Assembly: GCA_037142195.1 (NCBI GenBank)
Contig: JBAXBA010000012.1
Coordinates: 1-58,144 of the forward strand
Length of the DNA: 58,144 bases
Direction of reading: 5' to 3'
Source: Pseudomonadota bacterium
Lineage (GTDB): Bacteria; Bdellovibrionota_B; Oligoflexia; Oligoflexales; CAIMVM01
The position numbers and the translations under genes are program-made. The notes below the pieces were generated by a model. It searched no databases. It had not been told where the DNA came from and was given only the letters and a program-made list of their open reading frames with translations. Below, in pieces: positions 10,256-19,651 of this stretch (positions within the stretch are counted from its first letter, which is position 1; each line of letters begins with the position of its first letter).

Positions 10256-11173
10256 TTGAAAATATTCGCTTTAATGTCCATTTGGTCTATTTCAAATGCA
10301 GTTCATGCTGCCTGCCTTAGCGAAACCTCTGGCCCCATTGTCTTGCAAGTCGCAAGTTGCTCTCAACTAGAGCCTAAAGAGGGTTCTGCCAGTTTTAAAT
10401 CCCTACCAGAGTGGGTTCAAAACCTACCACCAAATCTAAAGGCAAACATCCTAGAAAGTCACAGAGGTCTGCTTTTAGATGGAAAAGTGACGGACTCTTC
10501 TGCAGTGACCACTAATGATCGAACGACTAAATTTGCCCTAAAAGGCCAAACGGTAAAAGTTTTCTTACATGCCACATTTAAGATGTCATGCGACTCATTA
10601 AAATCAAAACTCGTGGCTGGAACCGTGGGGGAGTCTTGTTGTGATGGAGGTAGCAATGCGCCCTGTCTTTGGTCCACCCCCTACTACCTTAAAGCTCCCA
10701 AAATTGCGTCGAGTACAGAGGTACAAAGATCAGCTACAAGCCCAGATACCCCATGGGAAAAAAATATCGCTATAAACTATAAGAACAGACAATATCAAAA
10801 AATCATCGCCCTCATCTATCCGAAGTGGTCTGAATATAGAAAAGATGTTGAGATGATTTGGTATTTAACCCAATCCCTAAAGAAGAGAGATCAATGCCGG
10901 GAAGCCATCCCAATCTTAGAAGACATAAATGACCAGTATAATAAACAAAGCCTTTCCTTGCAGCTCGAGAAGAAAATCATAGATTCCGTCTATCTGCTTA
11001 CAAGGTGCTACGCAAAAACGGGCAAAACGGATGAAGCCATAGCTATCCTCGAAGGAATGAGACTCAATCAAAAACTTTATGGGAGTCAAATTCGAGATTC
11101 TCGCCATAACCCCGATTTTAAGCCTTTGCGCGCTAACAAGTCATTTCAAGCCTATTTAAATAAAATTAAGTAA
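10256..11173 (+). CDS. Secreted protein, Cys-rich N-domain plus C-terminal TPR region
   Basis: Signal peptide (VHA|A), several Cys, TPR-like YLLTRCYAKTGKTDEAIAIL and terminal NPDFKPLR motif; TTG start uncertain. Confidence 0.6.
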   Translation: MKIFALMSIWSISNAVHAACLSETSGPIVLQVASCSQLEPKEGSASFKSLPEWVQNLPPNLKANILESHRGLLLDGKVTDSSAVTTNDRTTKFALKGQTVKVFLHATFKMSCDSLKSKLVAGTVGESCCDGGSNAPCLWSTPYYLKAPKIASSTEVQRSATSPDTPWEKNIAINYKNRQYQKIIALIYPKWSEYRKDVEMIWYLTQSLKKRDQCREAIPILEDINDQYNKQSLSLQLEKKIIDSVYLLTRCYAKTGKTDEAIAILEGMRLNQKLYGSQIRDSRHNPDFKPLRANKSFQAYLNKIK

Positions 11174-11181
11174 GCAAAAAA

Positions 11182-11799
11182 TCACCCGCTCCGGATGAGC
11201 CAAGCTTTAAGAGCGGCAAAAGCCTTTGCTCGATGACTGATCGAATTCTTTATAGAGATCGGCAATTGAGCAAACGTTTGAGTGTGGCCTGTCGGAATAA
11301 ATATGGGATCATAACCAAACCCATGGACGCCGGCTCCCTCTCGAATCAGGCTGCCATCACATTGGCCATTGAAAACAGCCTCGCCTAGGTGAGGGGCCTT
11401 CAAAACGAGACAACAACGGAAATGGGCCCTTCTATTGTCTTTTCCTTCCATATCCAGAAGAAGGCGCCTTGTATTTTGTCGATCATTACCTTCCTCCCCG
11501 CCGTAGCTCGAAGAATGAACACCTGGAGCTCCCCCTAGTGCCTCTACACAAATGCCGGAATCATCTGCCAAAATCCAGCAACCTGGAAAAACTACTGCCG
11601 CCTTGGAAGAAACTGCCTGAATTTTAATGCGAGCGTTTTCCTCAAATGTGGTACCTGTCTCATTCCAGGTCAAATCAGGATCCACGTCTAGCGCCGTCAA
11701 AATACGGACCCCGCTGCCAAAAATCTGTTCAAACTCAATAGCCTTGTGTCTATTTCTAGTTGCCACTATGATCTGAGCTGGTAACTCCACCTGATTCAC
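11182..11799 (-). CDS. rdgB: Non-canonical purine NTP pyrophosphatase (RdgB/HAM1)
   Basis: ATRNRHK, ETGTTFEENA, ADDSGI, GAPGVHS, GFGYDPIF, SHRA. Confidence 0.95.
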   Translation of the reverse strand: MNQVELPAQIIVATRNRHKAIEFEQIFGSGVRILTALDVDPDLTWNETGTTFEENARIKIQAVSSKAAVVFPGCWILADDSGICVEALGGAPGVHSSSYGGEEGNDRQNTRRLLLDMEGKDNRRAHFRCCLVLKAPHLGEAVFNGQCDGSLIREGAGVHGFGYDPIFIPTGHTQTFAQLPISIKNSISHRAKAFAALKAWLIRSG

Positions 11800-11838
11800 C
11801 TCCTGGTATCCAAAGGTATTAGCATAAAGGATCGTACT

Positions 11839-12066
11839 ATGAATCCTGAAAGTATTGAAAATAAATTAAAAGAAGCCTTTCCCTCTTGCGCTGTAAAAGC
11901 CCAAGACCTTACAGGCGGGGGAGACCATTGGTCTGTAACCATCTCAGCTAAAGAATTCCAAGGCAAAACTATGGTTGAGCAACATCGCATGGTATATAAG
12001 GCATTAGGCGACTGGATGAAAAAAGAGATTCATGCCTTGGCTCTAAATACATCTGAAAAGACCTAG
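11839..12066 (+). CDS. bolA: BolA/IbaG family protein
   Basis: GGGDHW, F.GK..VEQHRMVY.AL, IHALAL.T. Confidence 0.93.
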   Translation: MNPESIENKLKEAFPSCAVKAQDLTGGGDHWSVTISAKEFQGKTMVEQHRMVYKALGDWMKKEIHALALNTSEKT

Positions 12067-12084
12067 ATTACAGAAAATTCATTT

Positions 12085-12660
12085 TTAATGAGCATTTTTA
12101 TAGGTTGTGGCTTTCATGCAAAGAAAACCGCCCGTGGCTGATTTCTGGCATAGAAAGCTTTTGTCGTGCATATTTTCTAGATTCACTCCAGAAACATTCT
12201 GATCCTTTAGAAGTTTTCTGCTTAGCCTTACCCATTGGTTTCCATTGCAAAAGTAAGCTCTTTTTTCTTTGGCATTGAACCCCATCTCACCCTCATTTTG
12301 AGAAGAGCATTCCCTAGCTAAAAAAGCTGGCTTTTCCTTATCCTCAGACTTATTTGTCGGGGTATGGGTTTTGGAAGTTGACGGCTCGCTAGATACAACT
12401 TCATTATGAGCTGAGCTCAGATCCGAAGCCTCGGACTTCTCTGTTGAAGCTGAATCCAAACCATGAGCTTCTGCCGAATCCGGTCTAACCTCTTGAGCTT
12501 CAAAGGGAACAGGCTCATTTTGAGGCGTCGGAGATTTCAAAGAAGCCAAATCAACTTCAGAGCCTATTTTTGAAACCTGGTTATTCGCAGGTTCATTTCT
12601 TTCACAGCCCAACAGTGCGAGAAAAACTAATGCCACAAGTTTTTGGTTTTTAGCTATCAT
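12085..12660 (-). CDS. Hypothetical lipoprotein, low-complexity linker and Cys-containing C-terminal module
   Basis: Lipobox LLGC; GAGG RBS before ATG 12660; C-terminal C...EG.....YFCNG.QW module. Confidence 0.6.
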   Translation of the reverse strand: MIAKNQKLVALVFLALLGCERNEPANNQVSKIGSEVDLASLKSPTPQNEPVPFEAQEVRPDSAEAHGLDSASTEKSEASDLSSAHNEVVSSEPSTSKTHTPTNKSEDKEKPAFLARECSSQNEGEMGFNAKEKRAYFCNGNQWVRLSRKLLKDQNVSGVNLENMHDKSFLCQKSATGGFLCMKATTYKNAH

Positions 12661-12693
12661 AATTGACCTCTTAGAAAAGTTCATTCCAGGACT

Positions 12694-12720
12694 CGATCGG
12701 ATAGATTCGCCAAAAATTTA
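12694..12720 (-). promoter_or_regulatory. Putative sigma28 (FliA)-type promoter
   Basis: TAAA-tttttggcgaatcta(15)-TCCGATCG. Confidence 0.5.
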
Positions 12721-12911
12721 ATTTCAACACTAACTCAGAAAAAAAAACCTGTATATTCTTCAAGTTTAGTCTGAGGTCGCACATCTGCCTATGGTGTCCA
12801 TGAGCACTTGCTTAAGGATCGACAAATACATTGCTACTCTCCTAAGAAAAGGGAAGAAACGAAGCCAACAACCCTAACGCCCTGTTAACTTTACCATTTG
12901 CATAATATTTT

Positions 12912-12938
12912 TAATCCCTACCAAACTCCGACCGATAA
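12912..12938 (+). promoter_or_regulatory. Putative sigma28 (FliA)-type promoter
   Basis: TAAT-ccctaccaaactccg(15)-ACCGATAA. Confidence 0.5.
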
Positions 12939-12977
12939 GTTCCGTGTACCTGGCTCAAAGAACTTGGAGAATCGAGG

Positions 12978-13322
12978 ATGTCTCAGCGTAGTATAGAAAA
13001 AATCTTAACACCACCGTCTGATGGAAAAGAGGATACGGAACTACTTACCTCTGTAGAAGAACCCTCGGTGACGATGGACTTCCCTCGGCCAACCAAGTTA
13101 ACAGATATTATTACAGCAATTTCAAAGTGGCAAAAATACACGATGATCATGGAACCCAAACTAGACAGAACAGTACAGATTTTCTCCCCAGTGCCATTAA
13201 CTAAAGACGATGCGTTTAAAGTTTTTCTAGCTGCTCTTCAAACTGTTGGGCTTAGAGCTATCTTTATGGGTCCTAACACATTGAAAATCTCAGAGCAGGC
13301 TGGTTCAAAAAGGCAAGTATAA
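12978..13322 (+). CDS. Stand-alone secretin N0-like (GspD N-terminal) domain protein
   Basis: VTMDF...LTDIITAISKW....IMEPKLDRTVQIFSPVPLTKDDAFKVFLAALQTVGL......NTLKI matches the pattern of T2SS secretin N0 domains; GGAG/GAGG RBS. Confidence 0.6.
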   Translation: MSQRSIEKILTPPSDGKEDTELLTSVEEPSVTMDFPRPTKLTDIITAISKWQKYTMIMEPKLDRTVQIFSPVPLTKDDAFKVFLAALQTVGLRAIFMGPNTLKISEQAGSKRQV

Positions 13323-13399
13323 AGTCAAAATACAATATAAAATAGGTCCTAGCAGAAAACACCCCCATGTGTAAAAGTACTTTGGGATATGAGGAACCT

Positions 13400-14122
13400 A
13401 TGGATCAAAAACCGATCATTCTCATAGTTGACGATGAACCAGCCATTAGCGAGCTCCTAAACTATGAATTTTCTAGTCGTTCCTTTGAAGTGCTTCAAGC
13501 AACGAATTCCAGTCAAGCACTTGAGCTTTTTCACACAAAAAGACCCAATGCCGTTTTATGTGATCTCAATCTCCCAGGACACTCGGGATCATTCCTTCTG
13601 AAAGAAATGAAACGAGACAACCCTAAGCTACCCTTTATTTTCATGACGGGGGACACTCTTTTTTCCCTGACTGACGCCTATCGCTGTGGCGCCGACGACC
13701 TATTTTTGAAGCCCTTCAAAAGAGCTGATATCTCTAATAGTGTGTTAAGAATGCTAGGGAGATTTTCACTTGCTAATTGTGATGCCAACAAGTTTGATAG
13801 CTCAAAAGCTTTTACTTTGCAGCTAAATGATGAAAAATCTCTTTTCGAAAATTCTAATTTGCTTTTTGGCCGACATGGCATCTACGTTTTTTCTGACGAT
13901 GAGCTCCCCCAATTAAAGGACATGATAAACTTGGAGCTAAAAAACCAAGAGGGAAAGCTCGCAACGCTAACGGGCTGTGTTAGATTTATCTATTCAAAAA
14001 TTCATAGGGGATACGGCTTAGAAATCTATGATGCAAGCGGCGTTAAATCTTCCGAAATAAAGACTTTCTTTAACTCTTCAAATTCTTTTTACGCCTTGCC
14101 CTTACCAGACTCTAAACTATAA
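13400..14122 (+). CDS. Response regulator receiver plus C-terminal PilZ-like beta domain
   Basis: IVDDE, VLCD(P-site)LNLP, FMTG, FLKPF; C-terminal GRHGIYV...G.VRF...GYGLEI; GAGG RBS before ATG 13400. Confidence 0.8.
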   Translation: MDQKPIILIVDDEPAISELLNYEFSSRSFEVLQATNSSQALELFHTKRPNAVLCDLNLPGHSGSFLLKEMKRDNPKLPFIFMTGDTLFSLTDAYRCGADDLFLKPFKRADISNSVLRMLGRFSLANCDANKFDSSKAFTLQLNDEKSLFENSNLLFGRHGIYVFSDDELPQLKDMINLELKNQEGKLATLTGCVRFIYSKIHRGYGLEIYDASGVKSSEIKTFFNSSNSFYALPLPDSKL

Positions 14123-14293
14123 AAACAATATGCCAAAATGAAGCAATGCGTTTCCACAGCTACGCCATAATTCTAATCACCCCAAAAAACTCCTTCTCTG
14201 TTCCAAATATAAACTACGCCAAACTTATTCCAGACAGCAAAAGATATATTTCTGTTTTACGACTTTTGCAAAAGGCATCACCTCAAATTAAGG

Positions 14294-14668
14294 CTATGGT
14301 TCTGCGTAGAATTTTCGCGATTCCTGCAAGAGCAAGAGCATTTCGCTCCTTGCCTTTGAAACCAATAAAGCAAGCTTCTCAAGGTCCTCTTTAAGGATCA
14401 AGTTCGAAGATGAGCTCATAGCTTGGCAATGTATTTGTACTTGTTTAGAGCCAAGGGTTGCTGCAAAGCCAGCAAATTTGTGCAATTCACTAAAAAAACC
14501 ATCAAAATCTTTCACTTCTGCCTGTCTGCAAAGGCTCTCCAATATAGCGGCGGAAGAATCTACAAAACGAGTGACTTGTCGCTCTAAAAAACGCGGAGTT
14601 AGCAATGGGCCCAGAGAAAGAATGTCATCTATAACGGCCTGATCGAGCTCCACACACCTAAATTCCAT
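14294..14668 (-). CDS. Hpt (histidine phosphotransfer) domain protein
   Basis: LHKFAGFAATLGS motif in an all-helical 124-aa protein; GGAG RBS. Confidence 0.8.
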   Translation of the reverse strand: MEFRCVELDQAVIDDILSLGPLLTPRFLERQVTRFVDSSAAILESLCRQAEVKDFDGFFSELHKFAGFAATLGSKQVQIHCQAMSSSSNLILKEDLEKLALLVSKARSEMLLLLQESRKFYAEP

Positions 14669-15162
14669 TTCTCAACTCCCATTAATTTGGAGGGTTTCTG
14701 CCACAGCACCCCTTTCAGCTCACATCTGAAAACAGGCGCAAAGGATTCTCATGGAATGCAGGCCTAAGGAACTCAGAAAAAAACAGTGCTCTTAAAAATA
14801 TTACAAATCGTGCATCACATACTAAGAAAATAACAACAGTCTAGAGATAGGAATGATGCAAAACCGATTTGATCTCAAAGGCTCATTTCAAAAAAATGGT
14901 CCGTAATCGAAAACTAAAAAGTTAAACCACGAGCCGCCTTAGCAATTACACCTAGAAACACCTAGAACTAAACTTTCTAAGATAGAATATCATAAAAACC
15001 AGTCAAATCAGAAAGCTGCGCCTATCCTGCAAGGCCCAAAGAAGCCCAGACCCAGGGACACCCAGGCGCTCTGCACGTCAATAGTTCTCAAGAAAGCACG
15101 AGATCCAAAAGCATTATAAGTAATAAAATTAGACTATTACGACATTTAGCATAGGCCTTAGC

Positions 15163-15189
15163 TTAACTCATCCCAGCCTTTGCCGATAC
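15163..15189 (+). promoter_or_regulatory. Putative sigma28 (FliA)-type promoter
   Basis: TTAA-N15-GCCGATAC, 26 nt upstream of ATG 15216. Confidence 0.55.
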
Positions 15190-15215
15190 CTATAGAAACT
15201 TAACTCGGACCCGTC

Positions 15216-16409
15216 ATGGCTTGGAAGATTTTAATAGCAGACTTTATGAAAGACCCAGAAATGGATCCTTTCTATGATCAATTGACAGAAATTGATTCCG
15301 AGATCCATTTTACTGTTTCGCGCTCAATTGAGGACTTTTCCGTACATATGGAATCCACCGAACTTGTTTCCCTAGTTGTAGTGGCAAAGGATTTCACTCC
15401 TGAAGTTGAAACGGCATACCGTCAATACCAACAACATATTGGCTGTCTTCCTGACTTCTTAGCCCTTATTTGTGACGAGCCCAATCCTCGTTTTATGGTA
15501 AGCGTATTTGAATTTGGGGTCGAAAACATCATGAGAAAAGATCAATGCGTTGAGAAACTTAGGACCCTTGCAGAAAAAGTAAAGACGTCTCTCGCCGATA
15601 CATCTACTCCTGAGCACCACGCTATAAAGCTTGCCCTCGGTATGAAGACTTCCAACCAAACCCTCATTGCAGAAGCTGGAAATGCCATGCGTACGATAGC
15701 TGGCGAAGATTATCGTGCAGCTTATGTTGCTGGGCGAGCATTAGAGGCTCAGGGAGTTTATGGGGAGGCCGAGTTGGCCTACAGGAAGGCATGTAGCATC
15801 AATAAAATGTTTCGAGCAGGAAGTTCGACCTTGGCTGAAACCTTAATGGTAACCGGAAAGATTGACGAAGCAGTTCTTCTATTAGAAAAGCTGGAAAAAT
15901 CAAACCCGAGAGATATTGCCAGAAAGTCCACACTTATTGCAGCCTATACGGAACAAGGCCAACCAGAAAAAGCTGCCAAAGCACTTGCCGAAGCTATGGC
16001 AATCAATCCAGAGCATCCTAAACTCATAGAAGCCAAGGTTAACGTCATGTTAGCTGAAGGAAAGTTAGCGGAAGCATTCAACCTCATTCCAAAAATGGAA
16101 AATGCCGGCATTCTCTTTGCGAGCCGTCTAAATGACATGGGCATTCAACTCTCAAAATCAGGCAAAGCCAAGCATGCCTTAGCTCTCTACAACAAAGCCC
16201 ACAAGATTGTCAGAACAGATCTTAAATATAAGCTCAGCATGAACTGCGCCTTAGCCTGTCGCCGCCTTGGAGACTTTGAAATGGCTCTTAAATATCTTGC
16301 CAGGTGCAAAAAAGAATTTGGTCGATCCTATGAAAAATTGGATCAACTTATCATAGCTACTAAAGGAGCCATTGAGATGAAAGCTAAGAATTCTAGCGAA
16401 GCGTCCTGA
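15216..16409 (+). CDS. Degenerate receiver domain plus multiple TPR repeats
   Basis: N-terminal KILIAD...FGVENIM.K receiver-like fold lacking canonical residues; several TPR motifs (AGRALEAQGVYGEAELAYRKA, LAETLMVTGKIDEAVLLLEKL). Confidence 0.75.
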   Translation: MAWKILIADFMKDPEMDPFYDQLTEIDSEIHFTVSRSIEDFSVHMESTELVSLVVVAKDFTPEVETAYRQYQQHIGCLPDFLALICDEPNPRFMVSVFEFGVENIMRKDQCVEKLRTLAEKVKTSLADTSTPEHHAIKLALGMKTSNQTLIAEAGNAMRTIAGEDYRAAYVAGRALEAQGVYGEAELAYRKACSINKMFRAGSSTLAETLMVTGKIDEAVLLLEKLEKSNPRDIARKSTLIAAYTEQGQPEKAAKALAEAMAINPEHPKLIEAKVNVMLAEGKLAEAFNLIPKMENAGILFASRLNDMGIQLSKSGKAKHALALYNKAHKIVRTDLKYKLSMNCALACRRLGDFEMALKYLARCKKEFGRSYEKLDQLIIATKGAIEMKAKNSSEAS

Positions 16410-16460
16410 TCAAGCGAGTTTTAACTCTTTTTAACTCCCATAGAAGGCAACGAAGGCATT

Positions 16461-17873
16461 ATGACTACAATAGCAAAAGGTTTAATTCAACATACAGTGG
16501 TAATTCTAGTAGCCAAAAAAGAGCGCGCGATTACCATGGAAGCCTTGCTGAGCAAAATATCTTGTCGCGTTATAACCACTCTTTCGCTTTATGACGCCCT
16601 TAAGACAATTAGTCAAGAAATGCCCCACCTTGTTATTGCTGATTCTGAATTGCCTGACGGTTCCGCCGCAAATTTGTATGACCGTCTTGAAGCCCACCAA
16701 ATTCTTAAAAAGACACCGATTCTAGTTACCATCGTGAAAAAGACAAAAGAGGAACTTCAGGCAATTTCAAAGAGAAAATTCGCTGGTTTCTTTTTAGGGA
16801 TTCCAGAGCCAAAGCAGTTTTTAGTGAAAACACTTGAGATTCTTTCCAGCACAAAAAGCTCACCTTTCTATCTAGATTTAGATTCAAGTGAAGCCGACGC
16901 GAGACTTAATGTTTCCTTCTCTGGACGAGTCATTGGAAGAACCGAAGACCAACTCATGATTCGGTCTGGCGCAGATGTGGATGCAAACGCTTCTCTGGTG
17001 TGTGTGCCGTCTGATGTGAAGTATTCTCCGATCCTGGTAAAAAGTGGAAATAATATGAAAGACGACGAGGGTATCATCAACACCTTCCCCATTGGAAAAG
17101 TTGCTGGAAAAGGTAGAATTTGGGTAGATAAAATGCCCTCCCTCAAAACTGCTGCAGCAACTACACAAAAGCGCACTCTACTCTACTATGATCCTAGCAT
17201 CGAACGCGCTGTCCAATTGGCAGAGGTATTAAAAGGGTATGAAATTGAGTTGAATCATGCACAAACTTTAAATCGTGCCGCAGCAGCATTGAAAGCTAAG
17301 CCCGATTCTCTAGGTTGTATTTTTCTGTATGAACTGATGAACGACGCCTCATCCATAGAATGGAAGAAAGTCTATGACACCTCCCCGCAAGGTACCAGAC
17401 CGCCTATGATTATTGGAACGAATTCGCTCAACAACCGCTCATCAGCGGAAACTAAATATATCCAAAAACCATTTGGATTAGGCCCGCTTATAGAAACTCT
17501 AGAAGCTTGCTTTGAGCGTGCTGAAGATGTGACTACCGAAGTAAATAAGTCTGGATATGCAGGCATCGACGTCCAGTATCAGGCACCTGGAAAGCTCGTC
17601 TGTCTAGACGAAATCGGCGGCGTATTTCAAGTCAAGTTCCCCCTTGTCCCCGGCTCTAAAGTCAAGCTTAGTCATGCTCTCTTTAAACTTATGCCCAATG
17701 ATTTTGATGAAGTACTTGTCGCCAATATAGTCAAAGAACCTAACATGGTTGATACATGGCAGATCCGATTTGAAGCACTCAAAGCGGGAACTTCAAAAAC
17801 TAAACATTGGGAAAAAATCTCTAAAGCATGGGACCAATATATAAAGTCAAATCAGGCACCTGAAGCAAGCTGA
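16461..17873 (+). CDS. Tandem pseudo-receiver / PilZ-like domain protein
   Basis: First receiver (PHLVIADSELPDGS, TPILV), second receiver (LLYYD...YIQKPF), each followed by a beta-rich segment. Confidence 0.65.
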   Translation: MTTIAKGLIQHTVVILVAKKERAITMEALLSKISCRVITTLSLYDALKTISQEMPHLVIADSELPDGSAANLYDRLEAHQILKKTPILVTIVKKTKEELQAISKRKFAGFFLGIPEPKQFLVKTLEILSSTKSSPFYLDLDSSEADARLNVSFSGRVIGRTEDQLMIRSGADVDANASLVCVPSDVKYSPILVKSGNNMKDDEGIINTFPIGKVAGKGRIWVDKMPSLKTAAATTQKRTLLYYDPSIERAVQLAEVLKGYEIELNHAQTLNRAAAALKAKPDSLGCIFLYELMNDASSIEWKKVYDTSPQGTRPPMIIGTNSLNNRSSAETKYIQKPFGLGPLIETLEACFERAEDVTTEVNKSGYAGIDVQYQAPGKLVCLDEIGGVFQVKFPLVPGSKVKLSHALFKLMPNDFDEVLVANIVKEPNMVDTWQIRFEALKAGTSKTKHWEKISKAWDQYIKSNQAPEAS

Positions 17874-18065
17874 ACTCAAGCGCAATAGTTGTGATGTCGT
17901 ATGTGAAGAAGCTACATAGCTTTTCCAAAACAGCATCAAGAAAATCCATATTACAGGTCTTTCATGTAAAAAAGGGTTCCCATTACTCCTAGAAACCCAC
18001 AATAAGAATGCTAAATTTAATTCATGTCTTCAAAGAGAATCAATTACCGAAAAAATGAGAAATTC

Positions 18066-18995
18066 TTAGTTTAGATTTTTTAAATCTGGACACGATTCTT
18101 TCACTTTAGAATCTTCATCTGATTCGCACGTTTCTTTTAGGATTTTTAATATATCGGGCAAACTAAAATTCTTGTCTTTAGATTCTCTGACAATTTTGAC
18201 TAATTTTAATCCCAGCGGACTAAATGTAGGAAAACTCTCTTGACTTGGCTTTACTCCATCAACGGCAAAAGTTGCCAATGCACCCACAATGACCTGGGTT
18301 CCTATTCGCGTTACGTTTGTCTCTATTCGCCCCTTGACGACTTCAGACGTTACATCAAAGCTGCGACCTGACATATATTTACCCGCGATCCTCGTTCTAG
18401 CCTCTGCAGTGGGGTCACCAGACACTCCTATTCGTTCGCCAGGAGCTTTGGGGTCAAAGTCCCATCGATCATAAAAACTGAATTGTCCTTCGATTACAAT
18501 ATTCTTGGAGGGGGGCATTCCTATAGGCGTAACATCAGATGACGGGATATACCTGAAGACTCCTTTAAAGTGCATGCTAAATGTGCCAAGCGTCCCGCCA
18601 CCAGAAATAGCCTGGATGTCAAAACTCTGCTCTTCAGATTCCAGAGGAGCTTCCAAATCTGTCACCGAATTGGAAAACTTAACAAGCTTAGCATAGCCCA
18701 CCGAATCTTCCTTAAAGATTGGCCTTGCATATAAATCCACCATTTCTTGAGCGGTAAGCTTTAGCTCTTTTGCTTTGCAGTTCATATAATTTTTAAACAA
18801 TTTTTTGGCAACATAGTGAGCCGGCAGAGACAGCCAAAGACTCCTCTCTAGGGGAGTTTGAAAGGGAGGGCAAATCTGAATAACTGTACCCTCTAAATCA
18901 GTTTCAGCATCATCTGAAGTCCGACAAGAAAACACAGCAAAAAATACAAAGAGACTGACAATTAGATTCTTAAGGTCCCAGGGTAACTGTTTCAT
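18066..18995 (-). CDS. Lipoprotein with colicin M-like (lipid II-degrading) catalytic domain
   Basis: Lipobox-like VFSC; LFKNY, TLGTFSMHFKG, GQFSFYDRWDFD, R..AEARTRIAG..MSGRSFDV follow the order of colicin M motifs; ATG 18995 behind GAAGGT. Confidence 0.6.
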   Translation of the reverse strand: MKQLPWDLKNLIVSLFVFFAVFSCRTSDDAETDLEGTVIQICPPFQTPLERSLWLSLPAHYVAKKLFKNYMNCKAKELKLTAQEMVDLYARPIFKEDSVGYAKLVKFSNSVTDLEAPLESEEQSFDIQAISGGGTLGTFSMHFKGVFRYIPSSDVTPIGMPPSKNIVIEGQFSFYDRWDFDPKAPGERIGVSGDPTAEARTRIAGKYMSGRSFDVTSEVVKGRIETNVTRIGTQVIVGALATFAVDGVKPSQESFPTFSPLGLKLVKIVRESKDKNFSLPDILKILKETCESDEDSKVKESCPDLKNLN

Positions 18996-19332
18996 CAATT
19001 TCACCTTCCAGCAAAAAATTTCACATTTCAAATGGAATAGTCCTCATTTCACGATGCGCACATGGGTCTAATACCTTCTATTTTAATCCCTTTTCTATCG
19101 CGATGCATAATAAAAGAAAATCAAACCCCATAAGACTTGCACCTACTTCTAAAAATCTGACAAAGCGGTTCTCTTTGCCCCCAAAGAACCAATCCACTAA
19201 ACATCCTAAATATCTAGAAAAAACTATCGAGTTAAATGTGACCACTTTGATACCTTGCTAGGCTCCTAAAGGACTCATTGCAAAATGGCCCCTAATAGAG
19301 GGACACTTCCTTAGCTCTCAGTGCCTTTGCCA

Positions 19333-19376
19333 TGCAAAAAGTCTAATTTTTTTGAGTCGGGGTAAGATTTTTTGCA
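19333..19376. promoter_or_regulatory. Inverted repeat, candidate enhancer/activator binding site
   Basis: TGCAAAAAGTCT-N20-AGATTTTTTGCA (11/12 match), about 160-200 bp upstream of a sigma54-like promoter. Confidence 0.35.
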
Positions 19377-19537
19377 GCTTTCTGCACAGTTTGAAGCTTT
19401 GGGAGCCGATTGTTTAAACGCCCCAACAGCACATCTAAAAGCGTGAAATTGACACTTTTATGGCCACCTTGCTCAAGTAATCTTAGCCAGTTTGAAGAAC
19501 AGGCCACCTAAGCGACTAAATATACTGACATTAAATC

Positions 19538-19553
19538 TGGCCTTTTAATTGCA
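19538..19553 (+). promoter_or_regulatory. Putative sigma54 (-24/-12) promoter
   Basis: TGGCCTTTTAATTGCA = GG-N10-GC with TTGCA, about 100 nt before ATG 19652. Confidence 0.55.
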
Positions 19554-19651
19554 TTAGCTAGTTGTCCTAGGTGACTGGTCCATTGCTGTTTTTAACACTC
19601 GCAGCAAGATGGGCTGACCGGGTGCCCAAAAATGCAGAATGAGGTTACATT

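Noticed and set aside
14146..14394. 82-aa + strand ORF
   Set aside because: Overlaps the Hpt gene antisense; no RBS or motif
19224..19250. Sigma28-like element TCAA-N15-CTCGATAG upstream of the ColM-like gene
   Set aside because: Too degenerate and about 230 bp from the start; not counted
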